64,000 bases of DNA from Geosiphon pyriformis uo1 (Eukaryota > Fungi > Glomeromycota), in contig JAAOMT010000085.1 of NCBI GenBank assembly GCA_016748015.1, positions 1-64,000 on the forward strand, written 5' to 3'. This document shows positions 40,181-52,812 of the stretch, in pieces (positions within the stretch are counted from its first letter, which is position 1; every line of letters begins with the position of its first letter). The notes beneath the pieces are model-generated. The model saw only the letters and a program-made list of their open reading frames with translations, searched no databases and was not told where the DNA came from. The position numbers and the translations under genes were made by a program.

Positions 40181-41929
40181 ATGGCCATGAAATTAATTTA
40201 TTACTCTTTGGTCGTTTGCATAGTACTCGTGATTTTCGATTGTCTTGTCTCGTCCACTCCAACCTCATTTGTAAAACGTCAGGGATTGGGTAACGGAAAC
40301 GGAAATGGTAATAATAACGTAGGCGACAATTTTGGCAATGATAGCCAACTAAATAATATCGGTAACTTTGAAAATAATCCACTTGGCGACGACGTAGTTG
40401 TAGTAAATTCACCTTTGCCTGCGTCAGAGTCACCTTTACCTGAATCAGAGTCATCTTTGCCTGCATCAGAGTCACCTTTGCCTGCGTCAGATTCATCTTT
40501 ACCTGCGTCAGAGTCACCTTTACCTGAATCAGAGTCATCTTTGCCTGCGTCAGAATCATCTTTACCTGTATCAGCGTCATCTTTGCCTGAGCCAGAATCA
40601 TCTTTGCCTGTATCAGAGTCACCTTTGCCTGCGTCAGAGTCATCTTTGCCTGAGTCAGAGTCATCTTTGCCTGCGTCAGAATCATCTTTACCTGTATCAG
40701 CGTCATCTTTGCCTGCATCAGAGTCACCTTTACCTGAATCAGAGTCATCTTTGCCTGCGTCAGAATCATCTTTACCTGTATCAGCGTCATCTTTGCCTGA
40801 GCCAGAATCATCTTTGCCTGTATCAGCGTCATCTTTGCCTGAGCCAGAATCATCTTTGCCTGTATCAGAGTCACCTTTGCCTGCATCAGAGTCACCTTTG
40901 CCTGCATCAGAGTCATCTTTGCCTGAGTCAGAGTCATCTTTGCCTGCGTCAGAATCATCTTTACCTGTATCAGCGTCATCTTTGCCTGAGCCAGAATCAT
41001 CTTTGCCTGTATCAGAGTCACCTTTGCCTGAGTCAGAGTCACCTTTGCCTGCGTCAGAATCATCTTTGCCTGTATCAGCGTCATCTTTGCCTGCATCAGA
41101 GTCACCTTTACCTGAATCAGAGTCATCTTTGCCTGCGGCAGAATCATCTTTACCTGTATCAGCGTCATCTTTGCCTGAGCCAGAGTCACCTTTGCCTGCA
41201 TCAGAATCATCTTTACCTGTATCAGCGTCATCTTTACCTGTATCAGCGTCACCTTTACCTGAATCAGAGTCATCTTTGCCTGCGGCAGAATCATCACCTG
41301 TATCAGCGTCATCTTTGCCTGAGCCAGAATCATCTTTGCCTGCATCAGAGTCACCTTTACCTGAATCAGAATCATCTTTGCCTGCATCAGAGTCACCTTT
41401 ACCTGCGACAGAGTCACCTTTACCTGCGTCAGAATCACCTTTACCTGCGTCAGAGTCACCTTTACCTGAATCAGAGTCATCTTTGCCTGCGTCAGAATCA
41501 TCTTTACCTGAATCAGAGTCTTCTTTGCCTGCATCAGAGTCTTCTTTGCCTGAGTCAGAGTCATCTTTGCCTGCATCAGAGCCATCTTTGCCTGGATCAG
41601 AGCCACCTTTGTCTGTATCTGAGCCGAGTACTATATCAATTCCTATTGAACCTGTGCCAACGCCTGAAGCAACTTTGGTACCAATTTCAACAACCTATGT
41701 CACAAAGCCTAACTCAGTTGCTAAAGAAACCGCAAGTGTAGTTCCTATTAAGATCTTACCCATATCTACCATTCCCCTCCCTGAAATAACTTCTACTCCA
41801 ACTTCAACTCATAAGAAAGTTAAAAAGAAATTCCATAGAAAGGGTAAAAAGAAGGTGTCACATAAAAGAAAAGTAACTAAAACAGTAACCGTTACCACCA
41901 CAGTGTTTTCTATTTGTACCCAAGTGTAG
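40181..41929 (+). CDS. Secreted repetitive S/P/E/A/L-rich (mucin-like) protein with a basic C-terminal tail; single exon
   Basis: ATG at 40181; signal peptide MAMKLIYYSLVVCIVLVIFDCLVSS; KR dibasic site; G/N-rich linker; ~57 heptad repeats; tail HKKVKKKFHRKGKKKVSHKRK. Confidence 0.88.
   Translation: MAMKLIYYSLVVCIVLVIFDCLVSSTPTSFVKRQGLGNGNGNGNNNVGDNFGNDSQLNNIGNFENNPLGDDVVVVNSPLPASESPLPESESSLPASESPLPASDSSLPASESPLPESESSLPASESSLPVSASSLPEPESSLPVSESPLPASESSLPESESSLPASESSLPVSASSLPASESPLPESESSLPASESSLPVSASSLPEPESSLPVSASSLPEPESSLPVSESPLPASESPLPASESSLPESESSLPASESSLPVSASSLPEPESSLPVSESPLPESESPLPASESSLPVSASSLPASESPLPESESSLPAAESSLPVSASSLPEPESPLPASESSLPVSASSLPVSASPLPESESSLPAAESSPVSASSLPEPESSLPASESPLPESESSLPASESPLPATESPLPASESPLPASESPLPESESSLPASESSLPESESSLPASESSLPESESSLPASEPSLPGSEPPLSVSEPSTISIPIEPVPTPEATLVPISTTYVTKPNSVAKETASVVPIKILPISTIPLPEITSTPTSTHKKVKKKFHRKGKKKVSHKRKVTKTVTVTTTVFSICTQV
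40408..41612 (+). repeat. Coding 21-bp minisatellite (e.g. gcgtcagagtcatctttgcct), ~57 units with higher-order blocks
   Basis: Units encode ASESPLP, ESESSLP, VSASSLP and EPESSLP. One unit near 41290 is 3 nt short. Confidence 0.97.
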
Positions 41930-42639
41930 ATTTGTAGAAAATATTGTTCAAGAGATAGAACTTTAAAAGGCAATCGAGAAGTCTTGTAAATAAGACGAAA
42001 AATATCTTGTTCTATAAATGTATTTTTTAAAAGTTTAACAGATTCAAAAGTCTCGAACTGTTGTATCATTTGATTGGTTTAAAAGCTTTTTTGCTCAGTA
42101 CAAACGATATCCTTAAAGCTTAAAGCATTTAAAAATCAAACTTTATATTGAAAGCAATAAAGAGTATCATATTTGTGGTTTACAAACCATGTTTAAGACG
42201 AATCAAAATGAAAAAGAAGTTCCTAAAGATTTGAGTCCATTTATGAAAACTCTGAAAAATCATCATGAGTAAAAATCTGTTAATAAAGTTCTCTTATACA
42301 GAATAATATTTTTTGAAACAGGACGGATAATTGATTTTTAATTTGTCACTTCATTCTGGCAGAAGCAGATCTCCATTGGGATAAGCATCCGATCGATGAA
42401 TAGGAGGATCGAATCCACGCCAGTCTTTATGCTACTACCTCATTGTGGTGACTGGGTGACAACTGGATGTAATTTGCTGTATAAATACTTTTAATAAAAG
42501 ATCTCTTTCATTGTAGATCCGAGTAAGAACTTTATTTTAAAAATTATTTCTTTTTTAATATTACAGATAGTTTGAACTGGTTGCAAACTTTTCGAAAGAT
42601 AATTTTGATACAAACATTAAACAAAATTTTAAATATAAA

Positions 42640-45600
42640 AAGAAAAACTGTTAATAATTACATTCATTTTGGAATAATATATAACTGAAAAAAGGTTTTA
42701 TTTTGTTTACTATTATTTAAAAAATGGAATTGAATGTCAATATTGTTATAGTTTATTTTTTAAAATTAGTAATTAATTTGGTTATTATTTTAATTATTGA
42801 TTTGATTAATTTGATTAATTGTTTTTTTTTAAAAATATATAAGATTTTTTAAATATTAGTTATAATATTAATTATTTTCAATTTTTTTTATATTATTACT
42901 TTGATTACAATTTTTTTAATTTGTATTTGTGTTCAAGTATTATTAAATAATTAATTACTAAAAAGTATTAAAATAATATTTTATTGAATTTTAAAAACAC
43001 TAATTTATTATATTAATTGTATTATTTTGTTAATAGTACAAATTATTTTTTTTCTATTAGATTTTTTTAAAAAAAATAACAACTAAAAATTTAAACATAT
43101 TTATTTTACTTTTTAAATTAAAATTTATTATTATTATTTTATTAATTATATAATATTTGTTTTTTTTGTTATTTATTAATATATTATAACATAAAAATAG
43201 TTTTTTTGTAAAATTGTTGAAACTTTAATTTATTTATTATTATAAAAACAATTATTACAATAAACCAAAATTATTTTATTGTTTACAACCAAAATAATTC
43301 AGATTCTATTAATATAAATTTTTTATTTAATTTATTTTTTGTTTAAAAACAATTCAAGAAACAGTTTTAAAATTTTTGGAATTGGTTTTATAATTATTCT
43401 TACAAAAATTTATTTAGTTAATACTACATACTTTTTTAATTATATGTATTTTAAAATATTTTTAAAAAAACTAATTATATCAATTAGTTAATATATTAAA
43501 TATTTTTAATTATTATTACAAAAATTTATTTAGTTAATACTACATACTTTTTCAATTATATATATTTTAAAAAAAATAATTGTATTAATTACTTAATATA
43601 TTAAATATTTTTAAATAACTATTCTTTAAGTTTAAATATTTAAATTAACAAATTTACAATTAAATAATAGCTTACTATTTAACATAAATATTTAAAAAAT
43701 TAATAATTATACTGCTTTATTTTTAGGCTTTTTATTAAAAAGTTTAAGTTTTAATATAATAGTTTTTGTAAACAATAATATATTATTAATTTTTTAAAAT
43801 ATTTAAACTGTTTTAAAAAATAAAATACAATATTTTATTAAAAAATCTATTTTATTAAATAGTTAAAAAACTTTATAAAAATAATTATTATAAATTAATA
43901 TTAACAATATTTATAAGTTTTAAATTGTAAAAAAAAAAATTAAAAAAATTTTATTGTATAATTTATTCAAAAAATTATTGTTAAAACTGTTAAACAAATA
44001 TTTAATAGTTTTTTAAAAATATAAATTACAATAAAATATTTTTTATTATTCAAAACAATAAATAAAATTTTAATAATAAGTTTAAGATTTTGAAAAAATA
44101 ATAATTAAATATATTAAAACAATTTATAACTTAATTAAAAAAAAACTAAACAGAAAAACAAAAGATTAAAAACTAATTTATTTTTAGTTTTATGGTTTTT
44201 TTTGCTTTAAAAAATAATTTGATATTAAGAAATTACAATTAAATTAGTATAATAAATAATAATATACTCTAAAAACATTTTTTTCCAGTTTTTTTTCTTA
44301 TAATAACTGAATTTTTAATCAAAAATTGTATTAAAATTATATAATTTTTTTTAGTAAATATCTTGATATTTAATTGACGATATAGACTTTATAAAAAACT
44401 TTAATTTATTATCTTTTTATTATTATTTTACATAATATTAATATGAAATTTGTTTAATTTTGTTATTAAAACTTGATTAGTGTAAAAAAAAAAATTTTGC
44501 TTATATATTATCTAAAAAAATTATTAATTTAATAATATGATTTTTAATTTTAAAAATAAAATAATTAATATAAAACTTTAAACATCTAATCATATAATAT
44601 CTATTGATTTTTTTAAAGTTATTTTTTTTTAAGAATTTTATATCTTTTATATTTTACCAAGTTATTTATATAGCTTAAATTGTCTTTTATATAATAAATT
44701 TTTGTTAATAGACAAAACATTTTAATTATTTTTTAATTATATTTAAAAAGAAAAGTATTTTGGCAGTTATTTATTTCTTTATTTTACTACCAATTTACTG
44801 TTTTTTTGTAATAATTTTTTATAAATTAATAATAAAATATACTCTAATTTTTATTCTTAATTATTATTTGTTTTTTAATAATAAGCAAAGTAATTAAATA
44901 GTTTTTGTCTAATTTGTGTAAAAAATAATAAAACATTTTATATAATTTAATTAAAGAAATATTTTTTATGCTAAACAAAAATACGTTTGTTTTGGAATTT
45001 TAATAATTTTATTTAAACTTGTTTTGGTGTTTTATTAATTAATATTATGAGTATTACAATAAGTAACTAATTAAATCTTTTTAATTTAATAATTATTACT
45101 ATGCTATGTACTTATATGAATTAAAAACTTAATTATTTTATTAATTAATTTATTTTTATTTGAAACATTTTTGTAAAAATTTTTAAAAAATATGTATTAA
45201 CATATAACAAAATAATTTTTTAAATTTTTTTGAATGTATTCTTAATATCTTTAACATTAATTAAAATCGTAAGTTCTTAAACAAATTTTCTTAACTATTT
45301 TGTTTTTAATGGTGTAAATAAATATTTAAATAGGTTGGTTGTTAATAAAATATTATTTGTTTTGTATTTTCATATTATTCTGTTTCTTAATGTAATCATA
45401 ATTATTTACTTTTTAATCTTAAAAAATGATCTTATTCACCAAACTATTTTTAGCTTATTAGTTATATTGATTAAACAGATTTTAGTTTTAACAAAATTAC
45501 GATTTAGAATTTCACATTAAACATCTAATTTCAAATGTTAAAACATAATAAATTCAGTCTAAAAATAAATATTAACAATAATAAATTAAATATATATATA

Positions 45601-46020
45601 TATATATAAATACAATAAATTTAAATATCTAAAGTTAATTTAAAATTTTTAATTATTTTAATCATCAAAATATAACCTTTTTTTTTAATAAATATAGATA
45701 ACATAACAAAACTAAACACAAAAAAATCAAATATATTTTAACAAGAATCTCAACTTTGAAATTTAAATATTCATAATTTTTACAATTAAAATAGCCACCT
45801 TAATGTAATATTTAATTTTATAAAAAAAAATATAATTAAAATAGACAGTGAAAGGACCACACTTTGTCAAAACAATAAAACAAAATAAAAATAAAAAGTT
45901 TAACATTATTTAATTTTAATATTAATTAAGAATTATTGTTTTATATTATTTGTTTTTATTATAAATATATAATTTTTAATTTTTTTATAAGATTTATAAA
46001 AGAGATATTTAACACAAAAA
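42640..46020. other. Extreme A/T desert (~3.4 kb), almost free of CpG, containing an internal ~115 bp tandem duplication
   Basis: Composition read directly. tacaaaaatttatttagttaatactacatacttttt occurs at ~43401 and ~43517. Confidence 0.85.
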
Positions 46021-46504
46021 TAAATCATAACCTTACCCATTTTGAATATGATTTTTCAAATGCTAGTTTAAGCTAGAAATCTATAATATTCTTTCGTGTA
46101 ATTTCCTTGCCAAATTGTACTTAACAGACCAACCATGAAGTGGTACCAATTTTTTGATGCAATTAATAACGCTATTTTTATAATTATAATGAACATATCA
46201 AATTCTGAAAATTTTCTCTGCCAAATAAATTAGCTTTTTGTTAAATTTTCCTTTTTTCCCAAAAATCCTTGAAATTTTTCCTCCTCTTTTGCTTTTGAAT
46301 TACTATTTTGTTTCATTTTAAAATTTAAATTTTGGAATGAATTTATGATAAACATCGGAAAAGATAATCAAAGAAGCAGTAATCATGACTTGTGTTTTCA
46401 TAAACTACTATTATGTCCCCCTTTTTGAATCTATTGATTCATTTTCTTTTCGCTCTTTTTAAAGGGTAGAAAATATTGCTTCTTAACTTTTTTAATTTTT
46501 ATAG

Positions 46505-47142
46505 AATTTATCTTGACCATTCAAAATACGCAATAGTATTGTCTCAATGTGTGTACCTTTACCTAGAGGATGGGAAGAAAAGGTAGGCAGTATTTTTCCA
46601 GAGATTTTTTGATTGAAAAACTCAATTGAGTCCTATAATATTAACGGTTTGCCTAATCATCTTACTTTCCCAGTTCGACGAAAATCATAAAAGGTTTTAT
46701 TGTGAGTGGATTTTTTGCGAAATTTTATTTTCTTACTTTAATTATTAAACCAACTACTTCCAAATAATTTGTCTTTGAATTTAATATTTTTTAAATAGAT
46801 ATTAACCAATCAACTAATACAACCACATGGGTTTGTTTGTTTCTTTCTTTCTTTCTTTCTTTCTTTTCTCGAACTTATTTTTTCACATCCTAGAATATTT
46901 TTAATCAGGTAGGGATTCCTTCTTACACCATTTCATTCTACACATTTCACTATAGTATGACCCTCGAAAAACCCAAACTCCTGATTACCAACACCAACAG
47001 TAACAGTAACAATATTATCGACCTACACAACAAACGTCAGGCCCAAACTAACATCAATATCAACATTATACATCACTACCACAACATTTTCTACCATCAA
47101 AGCCACAAAAACAACATTATCCACCATCTACAACCCAATATC

Positions 47143-47180
<38 letters not shown>

Positions 47181-47940
47181 CCTCAAAATCATTATCAATC
47201 GGCAGAAATAAAACATCAATCACCAAGTCCAAGTCCAAGTCCAAGTCCACTTTACCACCTCCAGTATCAACAAGACAATCAGTAATCACGATCGTTCCAG
47301 CACTTGAAAGTTCAGCCGCAAATATGAACCAACTGTTAGGTACACCACTATCTGGTCCTCTAAATAATTTTCCAATGGCACCTAGTATTTTTAATCCTGC
47401 CACAAATAGCGGTGACTGTGTTAATGCTAATAATAGTGGTGGGGAAACAAATATGGAATATTTTCTAAAACAATATTTATGTCAACTACAATAAAATAAT
47501 AATAATAATAATAAAGCACATGGTCAAAAACTGAATTATAATTGACTTCTAAAAATATACCTCGAAAATATAAGTTTTGAGATTTTTATGTTGTGGAATA
47601 ATTTTTAATTTTTTAAAAATTTAAAATCTTCATATTCAAAAACTTTGCGTATTTTCACAGTATGCCAAGCAATTCGGCTCCTCAGATCGATTTCTCAAGT
47701 TTCATGAATGGTGGTGGTAACAATAATAACGGAGTTGATTTATCCGATATCATGAATGGCGTGAATGCTATGAATAGTATGAACGCTATAAACAGTATCG
47801 ATTTTTCAAGTTTTGGGGGTCTTGGAATGATGGGTGGTGGCTTTAATGGGATGGGAGGTGGTTTTAATGGGATGGGAGGTGGTTTTAATGGAATGGGAGG
47901 TGATTTTAACGGAATGGTAGGTTTCGGTGGATACTTGTAG
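46505..47940 (+). pseudogene. WW-domain, Q/P-rich, G-rich-tail protein gene (WWM1-like layout) with nonsense mutations
   Basis: Spliced WW domain LPRGWEEK|FDENHKRFY|YINQSTNTTTW|YDPR (exons ending 46582, then 46674-46701, 46799-46830, and from 46956). In-frame TAA at 47001, 47007 and 47049, a probable frameshift near 47250, and last exon 47661-47940. The start is not resolved. Confidence 0.75.
47827..47920 (+). repeat. 21-bp coding repeat (GGGFNGM) x~4
   Basis: ggtggttttaatgggatggga units. Confidence 0.85.
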
Positions 47941-48809
47941 ATAGATTATACTGAATTTTAAGTTTAGCGGTAAATGTATTTTTTATTGAAAAATTTTCAT
48001 AGATATTATGTTTTAGTGATTGTTACCAAGGTTCCTTTGTATTTTAAATTCACGAGTTTCTGCATATTCTTAATAGTTTTATCTTTTATTAATTTATTAA
48101 TATTGACTCTATTAAAATAAATTTGATTCCAAAAAAATTTTTTGCCATAAAGAAAATTATAGAAATTAATATCAAAAAATAAAAATATAATTTAATTTAA
48201 AAATAGATAGATATATATATATATATATATTGGATATCAAGATAGAATTCCAACTAGTCTGAAAAACTTTAAAAAGTCATTCAATATTAATTTTTAAATT
48301 TCCTCCTTCTACAAATATACAATTATTAATCTTTTTATTGCAAATACCTTTTGATAATAAGGTATTTGTTGATAACTTTTTAGATCATTTGTTTGTTTGT
48401 TTGTTTTGTTAATTTCGTTAATTTCGTTATTTACACTAGTTTTTTTTTTATAGATCAATACGATCGATTGGTAGTCCTTCTTTCTTAAGACAAGCCTTAA
48501 AGATAGATGAAGTTATCAAATGAAAGTTCCAATATTTAAAAATACTTTTGGAATGAATATTCAAAAAAAAAAACAGCAAATTTAAATGTCTTACCTCCAA
48601 AAGCTTCTCAAATTCATTGGAAGATAAAAAAAACTAATTGAGAATATTAAGAATACCTTCCTTTACAGCTATTCGCTTCAAAATCAAGACTCCTCTGCTA
48701 ATGCTAATTTTTTTCACCCATTGACACTCAATCATTAGGATAAAATAATATTAACAATAAATTTATTACTTTAATTGTAGACAATTTTTTTGCAACATAA
48801 AAAAATAAT

Positions 48810-48848
<39 letters not shown>

Positions 48849-49688
48849 TTATTTATTTTTAATTACTTTTCTCAAAATTCTTATAACCTGTTTGTTTTTA
48901 AACAATTTGATATTAAATTAAGTTTTTTATAAGTTTAAAATTTATTATTAATAAATATATCAAAGAATCTTTATCCTTGGCTTTATAATAGATTATATAT
49001 TTTTAGTTCACAAAGTGAATCATAAAATAAAGTGTGAATGAAATTGATGATCAGGAAAGTTGATAAGCTTCTTTATTCCCACAGGTCTTTTTTATAATGT
49101 GATTCAGATGGTCGATATGACATTTTTCCTATTTATAGAAAAGCTCGTTTCAAAAGAGCTGGGAAATGCAAGATTGCCAAGAAAAATTAAAAGTGAATTT
49201 GGAATTTGTGAAAAAAAATAAAGATATAACGATTTTTGTAACATTACTACTACAAGAATTTATTGATCTGAGAAATTTTTTTGCTCAACTAAGTGAGCTG
49301 CAACAAAACAAGCTTTCTGCATTTGGATCCTCTTTCTGTTAAGAAAAATACATTATAAAGAAAAATTGCAAGAGAATTTCAAGATAAATTTAAAATCGTA
49401 ATCAAAAAAGGTTGTGTTCTAAATTCACACGATCAAATCTCCGCCTGTGTCATGGTTATTTATGCCAAGACGATAATGCCAAGTTATCAACCCAAAAATA
49501 AAAATTCCCGAGGAAAAACGGCATAAACGATTAAAGGAATTAATGGGATAGATATGGATAAGATCGTCTTTTAGGATCTTATATATTTCGGCGGAACTAA
49601 TAGCATAATGTCATTTATTGTATTTCTTTTCTTCGCCCTTGGTATTTTAAAGATTAACTTTAACCATTAAATTGCTATAGAGTGCAGT

Positions 49689-51391
49689 ATGCCGATTCAA
49701 GAACACGGTGATTTAATAAACTATACACTTGAGAGGGGGGTGAATAAGTACGATGTCGAGATAAAGGAGTTCAAGACACAGGAGTTAAAATACCGAAAGA
49801 CTAGGCACCAGGTATTTGATTTTACGTTTTCCTTGAAAGAATAGATATCTAATGCAAGCAAAAATTTCTTCAAACAAACCTGCTACATCCCTCATTCCTT
49901 TTCATTATCAACTATTATTCTAATGGCCTTTTTTTACTTTGATAAAGACCGTTACCAATCCGTACGCTATAACTCTATACGATCCAATATCTGATGCCGC
50001 TCTAGCGGAAGTACAAGGACAAAAGAGTAACGCAAAGACGAAAAGTATCATGCTATATCAAGTATTTATTGGGTTATTTCTGAGCAAACTTCTCGCTGCT
50101 TTTTCATTCTTTTTGACATATCTAACGATTGAAATTTTTTCCTTCAACCAATCGATTCATCTCATTTCAACTTTGGCAGCCAGATGATGTGATCGAATTC
50201 CGGGAAACAGGAAAGATTAATTTCGAATATCGATTCCAATGGGAGAATGAGGATTACGTCTGGAGAAAAAGAGGGAGCCTTTTTTCCAAAGAACTTGAAT
50301 GTAAAATGGTTCATGATCCTGATCCGGGTATTGGCATCTCACTCTATCAACCTAAAAATAACACGTTAGGAATTGTTACGCTAATGTATTGGAATATGGA
50401 TCGTATTCCGGTCAAAGATAAACGTGGTTTAGAATACTGTCTTGTAGTCACATTACTCGCTTTTCTTGATGAGTGGGATGATAAACTACTTAAGAAATCT
50501 GTAAGTCTGGTCAAGGGATCTGATAAGGTAAACGAATCACCATCAACACCACCACGGCCAACAGGTACGCCGCCACATAACTCGTCACAACCTAATTCCC
50601 ACCCCAAAAAGAAAAAAGAGAAAACGGAAACTCAGGATGAAGATTTGGCAATGAAATGGTCTGAACATGAAGCATATCAACAAACGATGGCTTCGGCAGA
50701 ACTAGTGGCAAAAGCAAAAGAACAACAAAGAATGGATAAAAAGTTGGCTCAACAATTAATAGCAGATGAACAAATCCAACAACAAATCTTAGCACAAAAA
50801 CAGCAACAAGAAAAAGCAGATGAAGAATTTGCTAGAAGATTGATGGAAGAAGAAAAAGAGGAAGCTTTAAAAGCGATCAAAAATGAAAAACCAACATCGA
50901 TTAATTCAGCAACTCATTCCTTGTCACCCCCAGTTTATCCTCAGCGTCCTAGTTCTTTGGTTAAATCTTCTTCAACATATTCTATATCTTCAACAAATTC
51001 GACCTCATCGTATCCCCAATCATCGCCTGCTCCATCTCTACCGGTAAATTCCTATCCAACAGTTCCACAACCCCCACCACATCAACAACATTACAATCCT
51101 CAACCATCACCACCGCAATATTATTATCCACCAGTAGGAAATCCTGCTGTTCCTTATAATGCTCAAATTTCTATCACAATGCCGATGCCCATGCCCTTAC
51201 CAAATCCAATACCAGTTTCTGGTGGCTATAACGAATCTCAATATCCAGTATATCCACCGGGGATTTATAACCTTTATGATCCAAATCAACAACAGCAACA
51301 GCAACAGGAGCAGCAACAGCAACAACAACAGCAACCTCCGCAACTTCCTCATAGACCAAATTCGAATTATCAGCCCTATCAAGGATGGTAG
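49689..51391 (+). CDS. Hypothetical protein: globular N-terminal beta-rich domain, MIU/UIM-like helices, and a P/Y/Q-rich tail with PPxY motifs; 3 exons
   Basis: Exons 49689-49811, 49948-50061 and 50180-51391 join in frame. Motifs DEDLAMKWSEHE, DKKLAQQLIADE, DEEFARRLMEEE, PPVY and PPQY. CpG is retained as in other host genes. Confidence 0.85.
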
Positions 51392-52812
51392 ATTTTGAAA
51401 TGATTTGGTGGGTGGGAAAGGTAAGACCTTGAAGGTTTATCCTCCTAAAAGGATAGGGCTTCTTGCTCTATTTCTTTAATTTAGTTTTCGATTTTGATAT
51501 ATGGAGGATTGCTTCATCGATTTATTTAATGAATAGGACATGTAAGTTAGCATAGCGTAATATTTTCAATATGTATTTATATATTTATTAAATTCTAGAC
51601 GATTTAGAATTTATATTCCGAAGCTTCAATCTATTTACTTGTTAAGTTTTATTGAATTAATAAGCTTTGAAGTCAGATTCAAAGATAATTTCAATGTGGT
51701 GATGAGTCGATGTTCTGCTTCTTCCTTTTTTTATGGTTTTGATATTCGTCTCTTATCAATTGTTTTACTCTGCAGAAATTGTAAATAACCTTAATAACCA
51801 GTACGAGAAAAATCAAAATTCTTTAGAGCAATAAGATTTCAATTCGTCTCGATATACGTGAGAATAATTTTCTCTTTTTAGATAAGGTATTTTGAGAACA
51901 AGATCGTTCTTGCTAATGGTCTAATTTTAATATTAATAATTTGATTTTTATTAACACAATATATATATCTATAATAATTTAAGACTTTTAAAATTCACGT
52001 AATTTTAGTATTTTATAATAATATAATAAAAACTTGAATTTTGTATTACACACAAATAATTAATAAAAGATTTATATTATTATTATTATTTGTTTTATAT
52101 AATTTATTATTAAATTTAATTACAAAAAGATTAATTATAATTGTTTTTTATAGATAAAAATTTCAATTTATTAAACTTATTTATAAAAATAATTAATAAT
52201 ATATATATTTTATTTTAATAAATATTAAAGTTTAATTTATTATTTATAAATATATTTTTATTTAAAATTATATAAATTTCAGCTCTGTAATTTTTTAATA
52301 AGTTTGTATTTTTTAAAATTAAATTTTTAAACACAAATTTATTGTTTTAAGTTTTGATTTAAAAAATTTTATATAAATTTGTGTATAAATATTATTGTCC
52401 ATTTTATTAATTTTAAATTTATTAATATATAAATGTTAAATTTTTGTAAAAATGTAAAAAACTGTGTTTTAAAAATATTTTAATATTTTTATTTTTATTT
52501 TTTGCATATCTAAAATAATTTAGTTTTATTTTAAAAATTGTTTTTAAATATATTAAAATAATTATATTAAAAATAATAAATATTTTTAGTAATAATTTAT
52601 TTTGTAAAATAATAATTAATATATAAAAAAAATTGTTTTATTATAATAATTAAAATATATATTAAATAATTCTAAAAACTTCTTTTTCTTATTCATCTTA
52701 AATTCCCAAAAAAGAGTCAAAGTTTTTTGAAAGAAGTTTTTTTACCATTCAATACAATAAAACCAAACTGTTTTTCGATTTCGAGACCATTGTTGGCCTT
52801 AGTATTGCTGTT

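Noticed and set aside
40161-41606. 481-aa antisense ORF (QAKMTLT repeats)
   Set aside because: It is the shadow of the 21-bp coding repeat, which has no stop in that frame. The sense ORF has the signal peptide and unique termini.
40408-41612. CRISPR-like array
   Set aside because: Contiguous tandem units with no unique spacers, inside a eukaryotic CDS.
41915-41929. C-terminal CTQV as a CaaX prenylation signal
   Set aside because: The middle residues are not aliphatic, and the protein has a secretion signal.
46998-47051. TAA reassigned to Gln (ciliate-type code)
   Set aside because: Neighbouring genes end in TAA and encode Gln with CAA/CAG in long open frames. The same locus also has a frameshift, so mutation explains it better.
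51950-52676. AT-rich stretch as an eroded LINE 5' UTR
   Set aside because: The candidate TSD and the end of A/B homology both put the element boundary at ~52677, so this is flanking host DNA.
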